Assembly (NCBI GenBank): GCA_009859145.1
Contig: VRVR01000027.1
Location: 112,981-176,980, forward strand
Source of the DNA: Andalucia godoyi And28
Taxonomy: Eukaryota > Protista > Jakobida
Direction: 5' to 3'
DNA length: 64,000 nt
Position 1 is the first letter of the stretch; each line of letters opens with the position of its first letter. Position numbers and translations under genes: made by a program. Under the pieces are notes generated by a model. The model made no database searches. It was given only the letters and a program-made list of their open reading frames with translations, and was not told the DNA's origin. Positions 32,577-44,400 of this stretch are shown here, piece after piece.

Positions 32577-33827
32577 ATGCATCTTCCGTTCGTGATTCCG
32601 TGCATCCGAGACATCCTGAGGCGCTGTCTCTGGATTCGCTTTCCTGAAATTGCCTCTGGCATCATGTTCTATTCCGAGATTCTGGATCTGATGAACAGGG
32701 AGGCATCGCTAATCTGGGGGATTCAGGGACACGGACGAGCTGCGCGGGCCGCCAGTGCGGTTGTGGTCAACACAGAAATCTCAGCAAAGCTGCATTTCGC
32801 ACTGTTCAATCTGATGAACGTCACATGGATGAACATTTCTTTCCATTTCCCCATGGATGCGGCGATTAAAGAGTTTTTGATGAAAAGCGTGCACTGTTTT
32901 GAGTTTTCCATTGTTGCGATGAGCTCCGAAAAACCAGTTTCCGACCTCATTTTGATCACGCTGAGTCGAGCAGAGGACCCGCAGTTTTGCTATGAGCTGT
33001 GCAGGTTGTTGAAATCCGTCATTACGCATGCAAGGCCTGACGAAAAGCGGAGAGTCCTTGTCTTCCACGCCGTGTCTTGCCTGTTCACCAAGAACGCCGA
33101 TCTCGTTCAGCTGTTCCCCCGATCTGCAGAGAATCCGCAACCGCAGACCGTGGCGCAATCTTCCAGTTCTCTTAGCGCAGAATCCGCAGCGACACAGACC
33201 GGATTGCACGTTGACCAGTTCATCAGCGCGCTCTTTGAAACGTGGCTTGAGATCCTCCGCGGTCTGTCTGCATCGAGCATTGACCCGCGGTCCTTTTCCT
33301 TGACATTCCGTCTGATCATTCTGTTCCTGCTGGTGAGCAAGCCGCGGTTTCTGATGTCGGCTGCGAAAGCTCTCTGGATTCTTCTGTCGAATGCTCCGCA
33401 GCACGCCATTTCGGCCAGCACGGAGATTTGGAAAGAGGCCGTCGGATTCTTGCTCTCCTCCCAGACGATCTCCACGTTCCTCTCGGAGGGGTATCTGGAA
33501 TTGAGCCCCTTTTTGTCGCTGGAGAGTCCCGAGACGGACGTGACCCCGTCGCTGCAGCATCTGGATTGCATACCGATCGACCGTCCAGGTGCTCCGGATC
33601 CGCACGTCCTTGCGCAGGTCTGCAGGTCACCGGTCTCTGCCGATGGTGCTGCTCGATTCACCTTTTATTTTTCCAACGTCCGCGATCGCACCGCGCGGAT
33701 GATGCAAGTATTCTTGACAAGCACATTGGACGACGGGTCCCTGGTGCATTACATGAAGATGATGAATCTCACATTTCAGGGCTTCCGATCCACCTTCATG
33801 AGTCGGTTTCAAGTGGATACGCTGTAG
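32577..33827 (+). CDS. Hypothetical, predominantly helical protein
   Basis: About 416-aa ORF from the first ATG; Leu/Phe-rich amphipathic pattern. No family recognised. Confidence 0.65.
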   Translation: MHLPFVIPCIRDILRRCLWIRFPEIASGIMFYSEILDLMNREASLIWGIQGHGRAARAASAVVVNTEISAKLHFALFNLMNVTWMNISFHFPMDAAIKEFLMKSVHCFEFSIVAMSSEKPVSDLILITLSRAEDPQFCYELCRLLKSVITHARPDEKRRVLVFHAVSCLFTKNADLVQLFPRSAENPQPQTVAQSSSSLSAESAATQTGLHVDQFISALFETWLEILRGLSASSIDPRSFSLTFRLIILFLLVSKPRFLMSAAKALWILLSNAPQHAISASTEIWKEAVGFLLSSQTISTFLSEGYLELSPFLSLESPETDVTPSLQHLDCIPIDRPGAPDPHVLAQVCRSPVSADGAARFTFYFSNVRDRTARMMQVFLTSTLDDGSLVHYMKMMNLTFQGFRSTFMSRFQVDTL

Positions 33828-33836
33828 CTGTCAATC

Positions 33837-34211
33837 ATGTTTCTGGTGCGCGGTACCCGTGACCGGTCCGTCATGGACCATCATGAAGAGGAGGTTCGCG
33901 GTCTTCGCGCAGACATCGCTGTCCTCCAAGAGAAAATTTTATTGCAAGAGTCGCAGATCTCGAAGTCCAAGTCTTCCTTGGCGTCCTCCGAAGCCAAGCT
34001 GCGCGAACAGGAAGAGTCTTTTAATTGCGCCATTTGTTCGGATACGTACATTGGCAATCACCCTTGCGTTCTCACCAATTGTGGCCATATTTATTGCAGA
34101 GTCTGCCTGGAGTCCTTTTTGGGGATGCCGCCCCCTGGCCGATCGCGTCACGAGTGTCCGCTGTGCAGACGACCGATTGTGAATCCGTTCGTGGAACTCG
34201 CGGGAATATGA
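33837..34211 (+). CDS. Coiled-coil + C3HC4 RING finger protein (putative E3 ligase)
   Basis: CAICSDTYIGNHPCVLTNCGHIYCRVCLESFLG...CPLCRRP preceded by heptad-like EEEVRGLRADIAVLQEKILLQE. Confidence 0.8.
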   Translation: MFLVRGTRDRSVMDHHEEEVRGLRADIAVLQEKILLQESQISKSKSSLASSEAKLREQEESFNCAICSDTYIGNHPCVLTNCGHIYCRVCLESFLGMPPPGRSRHECPLCRRPIVNPFVELAGI

Positions 34212-34298
34212 ACCTAAGCAAGCGGTATTGTGCGTTTCCTTCCCAAAAACTCATTGCTGCTGATTTACACCACCATTCCTCTTTTTTTAATAATTATT

Positions 34299-37200
34299 TT
34301 AACTGTTCTTTCTGCCGATAATGAGAGCAGTGGAAACGTCGCCAACACCCTTGACAAAGATCTTTTCTCGCTCTTCGTACGCGTACTTGTCGTGAATGAG
34401 CGCCAGGGTTTCTCTCGTCACCTGAACTCTGCCAACGACTCCCGTGCTCTCCATCTTGTTGGCAATGTTGACAGTCGATGCCCAGCAATCAAAGGCGAAC
34501 TTGTCCTCTCCGATCACGCCTCCAATCACACTCCCGGTGTTCACTCCGCATCGAATCTGCCAAGTCGCAGCCAGCGGCTCCTTCAATACAAACTCCTTGA
34601 GACACTCAATCATTTCCAGCGCGCATTCAACGGCATCCTCTGCTTGCGTGTTGCGACGGACATCCTGGAATCCCGCGACGCCAAAGAAGGCATCGCCAAT
34701 TGTCTTGATTTTCTCCACATGGTGCTTCTTGCAGATTCGGTCAAAACGGATAACAAGATCGTTCAGAACACGCACCATCTCGTCTGGGCTGGCGTCCTTT
34801 GTGGATTCTGTGAAGCCTGCGATGTCCGTAAACAACACCGATACCTGAGGATAGCGTTTCGAAATGGGACGAGTGGTGTCGATGGAGCCGTCTGGACGAA
34901 TGCGACTCTTGAGCTGCGACGCAACTTCATCTGGAAAGATGTTCTTGAGCAACTTTTCCGAGCGGGCTTGCTCCTCCTTGATCAACGAGTCTTGCTTCAC
35001 CCTCTGCGTCCTGTCGTGGATCACCAAGATCAAGAAGCCGCGCTGCACAGATGCACCCAGGTGCGCGGGGAACGTTTCTACGTTGCCGTCTTGAGTCCGA
35101 ACCATCATCAACTTCTCGGTGACAATGTCGGACGAGGCATGGCCAGAAACTTCGGCTTCATTCAGCATTCTGCAGAATCCTCCGACCTTCTCGGCATCGG
35201 CTTCACAAAACAGGTGCCGAACAGACTGTCCAATCAAAGCTTCTCGCGAACACCCAAACATGATTCCGGCGGCTCGGTTCACCAAGACGATCTTCTCCGA
35301 CCGATCAACCTCCACCAAGGCATCCGGAAGCGCCTCCGACATGTCAACGACCTTTGCATCGTCCTCGGGAGTCTCCGACGCATGTACTTGTCCCGAGGAC
35401 AGCAATGCATGAATGGCTCGATTGTCTTGCACGCACTTGTAAGGCAGCATCAGCATCAGCAGTTGCGCCTGCCGGAACTCGTCCTGAATCTTGTTCGACA
35501 GCACGATCATGATGCATAGCAAAATAAGCGACAAGGGGGCGATTATTCCAAAGTATATGGAGACTCGGGATTTCATGGTGGAAAACCGGTCTGAATAATC
35601 AGACTGGAGGCTGCTTGCTGCATACGACAAATTTTCACTGACTCGACTTTCCCAGTTGACCATCTGCGTGACAAACGCCGGAGTCCTGAATTTGGCGGGA
35701 TACGTCGTCGAATTTGAGCGGTAAAAATACGTGAACATCTCATCCGCGCTGACCAGCACATCCTCGACAGAATAGCAAAGAAGACTCGTCACCGAGGCAC
35801 AGGCTGGCTGGCGGAAGGCAGACACCACACCGGGAAGCGTGTTGAAATGCGTGTAAATTCCCTGCTGATTCACGCTTGGGAGGCCAAATCGAAAATGCTT
35901 CAAGTCCGTTTGAAATTTTCTGTTCGTCAACGCTCCTAGCAGACCTTGGATGCGCGAAACCAGCGAGCGCGTCAGAGTGGTGAAGAAAATCATAATCACC
36001 GTCCAATCGCAGCCAGAAGTAAAGACTCTGGAGAGCTTCATGGATCCAATTATTTCCTGTCCCACACCTCCCGTGGATGTGTACAACACATATTGCTCCG
36101 TGGAAAACGCCACAACCGTGACGAACAAGAAGAGCCACAACACAAAGCCAACAACCATAGTTCGTGAGATCGAATGGGATCTGAAGTCTTTTGAGCTTGT
36201 TCACATCGGTCTCTTCAGACCGAGAAGACATTGTCTGCGAGTACTGTGACGACAGCGAATGAAGTGCGCGTGAGGCATCCGATTTTGGAACCGATTCGAA
36301 CAATTCATAGAGCCGCTTTCGCTCTCGGCGAATGGCCATCAAAGCCGGAATGATAATGACCAGCGGCACAACGATGAGCAGCGCAAGAGAGACTCCGAGG
36401 ATGATGGAGTTCGTCACGACGAGTTGGCTGTAGAACGTCGAATTGAATCTCTCCACGTACGCCTGGGTAATGTCTTGCAACGTTACGCCAATCGACGCTG
36501 CATTGTACACAACCCAGAGCCAATTGGTCGTGGTGAAGGACCCGAAGGTCACGTTCTTGTAGGCATAGACATTTTGAAACAGCGTCTGCAGTGCATCCCA
36601 CGCAGAGGTCAGGACGATCTGTCCGCCACCGAGGGAGACATCAATAGGAACCCGAGGGGACTTCCACAAATCCATCAGCGCGGAGTCGTCCGTGGGGGGA
36701 TTCTGCACGACGAGCTGGTCAACCAGGAAGATGCCCAAGTCATATGTCGTCTGCAGCTTCCTCTGGGCAATTGCGTAGTCGACAGGCCGCGAAAACTGCG
36801 TAGAGATGTAGGACATCGTTCCTCTGAAGGAGAATCCCTGCCCAAGTTCCTGGAGTCTGCTGGCGCGGTACACTTCCGTGAGGTTTCCGTCGAACTTGTT
36901 TGTCACCGACACGAGCACGCCGAACGCAATCGCAACCATGATGAGAAGGACGAGCACCGTGAGAGACGAAGCAAGTATGAGTCGGAAAACAGAGGGAGAC
37001 CGGTAGTTCGCAACTCGATCTCGGAAAATCGCAATGCGCGAGCCAGTGGAGCCCTTGGAACTTCCAGAGGCCTGCGATTTGCGATCGTCGTCGCCGCCAA
37101 TTAGATGGGCATCCGAGGATGCTTGAGACAGACTCTCCAAGCTGCCGATCTGTGCTCTGTCTCGGTCCGCAAACGAAACCGGCGCAATTCTGCTGCGGCG

Positions 37201-38982
37201 GCTGGCGGGAAGGTGGGAAGAATTGACGGGGCGTTGAAGTTTTCCACCAGAACCACCGCTACCACCGCCATCTTCAAGACGTTCTGCTTCGTACTGCTCT
37301 GCCATTTCCAGGTATTGCTGCGCCTTGAAAGGATCGCCCAGAATGTTCTCGAAAAACAGGGCATTCTCTCGGAGGACTGCTGGCGACCGAGGGAACCGTT
37401 CCAACAAGCTTTGCAACCGGGACAGTAAGCTCTTCTTTTCAGAGCACACGACCGAAACCAACCCCGACATTCGGCCCTCGCTCATTCTGTGTTTTGCAAG
37501 GTCACGGAAGAATCGAAGCAACAGATTTTGGAGATTCTCTCGAGCACGCTGCACCATTTTCAGCTGCACAGCGATCTCACGAGCTTCCTCTGAAAAGTAA
37601 CCGGAGAACAGCGATAAGCGAAGCTCATAGCGCAATGACGTGAAGGTCGCAAGGTTGTACCACCCTGAAAGACCGTGTCTCTCAATGTCACTCACAGCCT
37701 TCAGAAGTGCGTTCTTGTGTTGGGGACAGAAATTGAAAAGGAACAGCGCGTAGTTCAGCAGCAAGCCAGTCGCATAATTTGAGGATTTCAAAGAGAGGCC
37801 CAACACATCCGCTGCCATGTCTGCATCATCGGGAACTTGAAACTGGTGCGATTTTCCGTAACGCAACGCAGTGTGAAAATCCAGTCGGACTACGATATGG
37901 GTCTCCTTGTGAAAATCGGGAAATGGCTCCGCAGACGCTGCCGACGAGGCGTCGTCGTGTTCTTCGATTTCCTTCTGTTTCGAAGCAAAGTCCGCGAAAA
38001 ACAAATGAGATTTCCATGCATCTCGTCGCAGCAGCCAGATTGAGATGGGAATGAACACAAGCGGAGCCGCAAGAAACGCCCACGCAATGTTGACGGTAGG
38101 AGCAATTGCAGACGAATACAAGAACGCCACGCAACTCCAGGATGCCGATAGAAAGGCAAGGATGAACCACAGCCAATTAATGTTCATGTCAAAAAACGGC
38201 AATTCGAAAAACACGTGTGATGCGAACACAGCGGCAACAGCGAATTGGGCCATTGGGGCTACAACAATCGCAGAGGTGCCGTCCAGAAATACGTACAAGA
38301 GCACACAGACGACTCGGCAGATCGACCACATTGTGGTGAACAATGGGTAGGGGCATGCGCTTGGCGACAGTTCCTTGGAGTACTTGGTTTTGATGAACAG
38401 GGCGGAATACAGAAAGTCGGCGGACAAGAGCAAAACCAAGCCCAGCACGGAGAACGCCTGTGCAAGCACTGCAAATGTCGAATTCCAGCACATGTCCGAT
38501 CGGATGGAGCATGAAACGGAACGAAGAAGCATTAGACATCCGGGAAGAAAGCAAACGTTGTGCAGTACCACAAACGTGCTGTTCACATAGGGAAGCAACA
38601 CAATCAGAGACTCCCGGTTGTTCAGCATGCCTACTGCATTCCAAAGAAGAAGACCGGAGGAACACACGAAAGCAAGACTCGTAGTCAGAACGTAAATCTC
38701 CAGCACTTCCAGATAAGACGAAAACAGGCCATACGGCTCGTTGATGACGTTGAGTATTTCAAAAACGATTTTGCTTTCGTCATTCCACGACCAAGATGGC
38801 CGCAGCGCCAGCAGGGCAAACTGCAACAGCGAAATCGCCACCAGCAGGACAGAAGCAAAGCTGGGAAGAACATTGCTCTTCCCAACGCGATGAAACGCCG
38901 CGGCCACTCGTCCGAAGAAGGAGTCGTCGAACGTTGCAGCAGTGGAGGACTCGCTGCCCTCTGCGGACTGATGGTCATCCAT
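34299..38982 (-). CDS. Large multi-pass PAS-domain adenylate cyclase (single frameshift at 36189-36192)
   Basis: ATG 38982. N-terminal TM bundle, helical LRENALFFENILGD..KAQQYLEMAE repeat, more TMs, PAS (LPDALVEVDRSEKIVLVNRAAGIMFG), catalytic LFTDIAGFT...EKIKTIGDAF...FDCWASTVNIANKMES. Co-linear with 41456-46525. Confidence 0.88.
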
Positions 38983-39711
38983 GTTGGTGGCCTGGACTTG
39001 AAGAATGCGGGAAAGGGGGTTCTGAAAATGTGAGGCTATTAAGGAAAGTAGCGGGAAAAGCAGGGAGGGCGAGGGAGCGTGAGAAAGTGAGTGAGAAAAA
39101 CGAAAAGTTGGAGAGAGGTTCGTTTCGTCATCAACGCCACAATCGATATCGGGCTTTGAAAGATCCATTTCGAAAATGTTTTGGAGATGTCTGAGCAAAC
39201 CGGATGATACAGTCCCAGTCAAAAAATAGTCGGATCAGATTCGGCTGTGCCGAAATCTTGAACCGGTAACAGGCAAGACTGTGACAGAATTGGTGCAGAA
39301 TTGCCAAAAGCAATGGATTCGTGAGCAGTCTCTGCACGACCACCTCGCATCCCAGCAATCTGAGCAAGCAAACGAAACGGGAATTGTCAGCTGCATGAAT
39401 CACGCCCGAGTTGCTGGACGCCGCGAGCTGCAAGTGCTTTCCTCGTTTTAAGATCTGCGAAAGTCATTCAGTCCCTCGTGAACAAGAAATAAACTTCTAA
39501 GACACATGTTCAAGCGACCAAGCGAATGTCTCCCCGAAGGCTAATCTCCAATTTTACGACGACAGGGAACTCTAGATCACTCAAAAGTACACAGCGCGAA
39601 TCGAGGAATATTGCTAAGAATCATGTAACGTCATGTCATTATCTAATGCCATTATCAGTGATGCTTGCCATGACAGCAAGAGATCTGTCAACAGAGAGGA
39701 AGCAATTTCTG

Positions 39712-40896
39712 TTACGGTAAAATGGCGTTGTTCTCCATTTCGATTTCTGGTTGTTCTGATTCTTCCATTGTACGTAATTTCGACGTTTCATACGAGATAC
39801 GGGCCCATTCAATGCTCTCAACGAACGAGACAGTCATATTTGTAGATACTCGATGCATGTAAGCGAGACGAGCAATCTCTGGTAAAAACCTCTTAGCATC
39901 GTCCGGAAGTGCATGAAACACAATGGATTGGTTAGCTGCCCTCCAAAATCGTGAGATTTTCCCGGATGCTGCTGCAACATGGAACACTATCATGAGAAGG
40001 TGAAGTGCAAACGTTCTTCTGGAGACCTTTAGTGGAAGTTTCGCAACGGCCATTGCATGCATAACATCCTCCCGCAACAATTTCAGCTGTTGTGCATCAG
40101 CACACTCCAAAATAGCTCGCTTGATTTGTGCGAAAGGTAACTTGTCTCGTTGGGAAGTAATTCTGAACTCGACACGAAGCTGAGGTTGGGTCACCAGTTC
40201 ACGATAAAATTCAGCGGAATGCTGCTGCTCCGAACAGACGCCGATCGGAAAATATTTGACCGGAAGCGGAGCAGCCCTCGCGATCCTGTTGAAAAAGTTC
40301 TGCAACGTCGCTCTGCCAGTTCGAATCAGTGGTAGCAGCTTGTACGGCATAGGGGAATTGTGGGAGAGAATCGAACAATCGCGCAGGCTCCTACACGGTT
40401 TCCTCGTCGATTGGACAATCCAGACAGGCTGATCGTGAGCATCATCTTTGACAAACGACTGAGAATCATGCTTGAGATGACTGCCAGCCAAAGGATCTCC
40501 CTGCGTTCCATTACAGAATTGCTCACTCGTCTGCGGTCGCTCAGTACCACGGAAGCCAACACACCCCCGTTCATTCCCAGGACATGATTCACCAGTCGTA
40601 ATCGATCTGTGATGCAGGTTTCGGAAAGAACGGAATGCAGGACCTGCGTTGACGGGGACAATCTCCAAAATCATCGGAGGATGATCCATTTGCGGAATAG
40701 CATAACCAACAGACATTGGGTATTCTGTCTGTTTCAAATGCTCGGCGCCTTCTCTATACGGCACAGTCGCTGAATGCATAGGAGGCAAAAATGGACGCAA
40801 AGGAATTTCCGAGGGGTTGCTTGTTGAGGGATTCTTTCCGTTGAACGGACAGTCGGACGAAACCATCATCAAAAATTCATCAAACCTCGGAAGCAT
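39712..40896 (-). CDS. Hypothetical protein
   Basis: About 394 aa from the first ATG. Pro-rich N-half, helical C-half. No motif recognised. Confidence 0.6.
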   Translation of the reverse strand: MLPRFDEFLMMVSSDCPFNGKNPSTSNPSEIPLRPFLPPMHSATVPYREGAEHLKQTEYPMSVGYAIPQMDHPPMILEIVPVNAGPAFRSFRNLHHRSITTGESCPGNERGCVGFRGTERPQTSEQFCNGTQGDPLAGSHLKHDSQSFVKDDAHDQPVWIVQSTRKPCRSLRDCSILSHNSPMPYKLLPLIRTGRATLQNFFNRIARAAPLPVKYFPIGVCSEQQHSAEFYRELVTQPQLRVEFRITSQRDKLPFAQIKRAILECADAQQLKLLREDVMHAMAVAKLPLKVSRRTFALHLLMIVFHVAAASGKISRFWRAANQSIVFHALPDDAKRFLPEIARLAYMHRVSTNMTVSFVESIEWARISYETSKLRTMEESEQPEIEMENNAILP

Positions 40897-41455
40897 TCGA
40901 CTTGTCTTGGAGTTTTGAAAGAGGTGAATATTCGACGGACAAAACAAAATGGCAAACAGCAAGACGAAAAGGTGATTGGATCGGCTTCGACAATAAATAG
41001 CGATTTCCAAATCACGTGGACTTTTTGTGCTTGCAGCCGAACTTGCGACGCTGTAACGTTCGATATGTTAAGGACTTAAGGCAGATGGTCAGTTGCACCG
41101 TCATCACTGCTTGCATGATCGGTCCAGGCCCCAGATATCCACTCGGGTATATCAAATTATGTATTCCAAGTCGAAACACTAAATCCCGTTCAGCTCACGT
41201 CCAAAAGCACAGCGCAGCTCCTTCAGATCATACGTCGAAGCAGAATTTGGGATCCTTCAAAAAAAGGAAATTCTCGGTTACTGAAAGTGCTTGCTCTGCA
41301 TCTGCACTGTCAACTGCCGTCCCTGGAGTTCGGCTCTCAATTTTAGAAGGACAGTGATCTCATGAAAAAGCAAGACGATTTTTTCCATGTAAATTTGTTC
41401 ATCGCTCAGCTCTGTTTCCTTTCTCTATCTCAAAATTCTGCAAACAGCGCGAGCC

Positions 41456-44400
41456 ATGGACTTTGACAACTTTGAACGTGATTCTGACTTCCAGGACACG
41501 GATTTGCAAGATGACCGTCTCGAAGGATCCAACACGAATTCAGCCACTGTATTCCACCGCATCGGGAAACATGCGTTGCCTTTTGATCCAAGAACAACCG
41601 CGGGTGTCTTGGTTGGTGCGTCGCTCGTTCAGTTCATCATTCTCGCGATGAAGCCCTTGTGGAACTCGTCTGCGCTGACGGGCTCCCCGACCGACACTGC
41701 TCTCTCCGTGATGTTTTCGGTTGTGCAACCAGACTTGCTTCTTCCCACTGCCAATCTCCAGCTGTTGTGGACCCTCGTTGGCGGTCTCCTCTTCACGGTT
41801 CTTTGCGGTTTCTACATCTGGAACGTCACCGGGCTCCTGCGAAACCACGAATCCGTCGTGTTTGGTCTCAAGTGGTTGAATCTGGTGTCCTGGATCATGC
41901 ATTCAGTATTTGCAATCCCGGGGTACATGTTGTTCTTGCGGTCTGTCACCTGTCACCTGGATTCCGCATTCGATGCGGTGTGCTGGTCCTCCTCGTTCTC
42001 CATTGCGACCCAGATGTTTTCTGCGTTGTCTCTTGTCCTGCTGACCACCACGGATATCATCCATTCATTCTTGTTCATCCAGACCCGGTTCAACGAAACC
42101 ACGGCGCCGTTCGCACACAATGACATCTTTTCTGTCGGAGGCTTTTGTGTCGCTCGTTTGGTCTGCTGTGTGTTGTATGTGTTCTGTGCAGCATACCCCA
42201 AGGACTCCGCCGCGTGGCTGCCTTCTTGCTTTCAGGTCCTGGTCTGTTTTTATTTCGGGAAACTGTTCCACGTTCGGCTTCCCATGCTGTACCTGAAGGC
42301 TAACTTCTTGTACTCAATTGGGCTGTGGACAGCCGGGGGTATTTCCTTGACAGCATTCCTGTTTTCGGCATTTTCTTCGTCCAGCAGCCGCTCAAGCTGG
42401 GCATTTGGATTCTTGTTTTCCATCGTCATTTTTCCTGCCGGGGCTACATACTTTTGGCATTCGTACGTCCAATACATTCGAAAGCTGTTGGATTCTTGTA
42501 GCCTGAAGAATCCAGGTGCTTCTTACCGCAAGAACCGCGTTTTGCCCGAGGAAGCCAAGATGGCGGCTGCAGGTTCCTCCAGTTTGGTCAACGAAGAAGA
42601 TGATGTTTCTGAAGCTGATTCGACCCAATCATCTCTTGGCGCAGGTGCAAGCAACTTTTCAGGTGTCAATAGCGGAACAACAAACCCAACCGCAGTCGGC
42701 CTGTTTGCTGCCAAGTTCCACGATTTCTTTACGCTGGAGCGGGCATGCCGCGTTGCTGTTGCGCAGGATCCTTATGTCCACGCCATGTGCCGCCACATGC
42801 TGCAAGCCGAACTGAGGCGATCCACCTATCCCACCCCTGTGTTTCTGCACTATGCGTTGTTCTTGATGAATTACTGTCCCCATGAACGATCGTCCCTGTT
42901 CAATGTGATGACGGACATTGAAAGACAAGGCCTTTCGAAGTGGTGGCATCTCTTGCTGTTCAATGCTGCCCGTTATGATTTGAGAATTTCCATGCTCTCG
43001 GGATTCTCGGAGGAATCGCGCGAAATTTCCGTGCAGCTCAAAGTCGTGCAAAAGGGAAGACGCATTCTCGAGTGTCTCGTGCTTCGCTTCTTTCGGGATA
43101 TTGCGAAAAACAAGGTTTCTCCAGAATCCATGATCGGTCTTTCGAGCGTCATTTTCAATCGAACTGAGCTGCTGCGATTGCAGCTTCGAACACTAACAGA
43201 ACGATTCCCGCGGTCCGCTGCAGTCCTGCGAGAGTATGCATTGTTCACGCTTAATATCCTTCGCGATTCTGTCCGAGCCGAAGAATTATTGGAAATGGCA
43301 GAACAATATGAGTGTGAAAACGACACACGGCAGGATAAAGATTCGGGATGCAAGGGGGATGATCTGAACAGCCAGTTTGCTTCATCGCCAGTAACCAAGC
43401 CCGTTCCAAACCCACATCTGGATGCAAACTGTGGAACACGGAAAGTAGATGATGCTTCGCGAAGAGTGCGCATGGTAGAGGCAAGACAGCAAGATCTGAG
43501 TACAGACTCGAACGACATGTCCCATTCAATCACCACGTTGGGAATCCTGGAAAAGAATAGTTTTGCAAAGAATTTACCTGTGCAATCGGGCTCGAATCGT
43601 CGTCGCCGTCTCTCAACGTTGGAAGCGGACAGCCCAGCAATTCAAGATGGTGGTAAGTTGCCCATATTCTCGGATACCGAGTCAGATTCGCGACGCCTGT
43701 ACGATGAAGATGTGGAGAAACTGTCCTCTCACGGTGGATCTTCGGCTGTTTCATCAACAAAGGATGCGTCGCTTCGGGAGAAAGTACAGAAGTATCGGTC
43801 ACGATCAGTGTGGTTGATGATAACCGCGATGTCTCTTACTGTCTTCATTTTGGTCGTGATGATGTCCGTTGCTTTTGGATTGATCTATAGCCTCATCAAC
43901 AAGCTGGATTCTAGTGTGACGGAGGTATACAAAGCAGCTCAGTTGAATCAACTCGGCCAGACGTTCGGTATGAGGTCCACGCTGATGTTCGCACAAACAA
44001 ACTTTGGTCTGAATGACTCCTATGCCACGACTTCCACCTTGCAGGCAAATCTCCTGAATCTCGCACCGTCGCTTCTGGACGATTTGGTTGTGAAGAATCC
44101 ACCTGTTGATAATCCCACGCTCTTGAGATTGTGGAAAGAAGAAACCGTGATTCTTACTGGGGATGACTTTCGTCGTGCTCCTTTCTCGGCTTGGGATTCT
44201 CTTGTTCTTGAAATGCAAAGACTCAGGACTGTTACCAATTTGCAGTTCCCTTCTTACGCCTTATTGAACAGTGTGGTATCGAGCACCCACCTGTTTCTAG
44301 TTCTCAACGCTGCTCCTATTGGAAATGCGTACCAGAAAATCGTTGAAGAATACATCTCGAGATTTGGGGACATTTTCCGATCACAAATGATTGTTACAAA

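Noticed and set aside
39712-40896. Third member of the WYKTS family (contains VQS and TGRATLQNF)
   Set aside because: It lacks WYKTS and the terminal KSKK, and the spacing differs.
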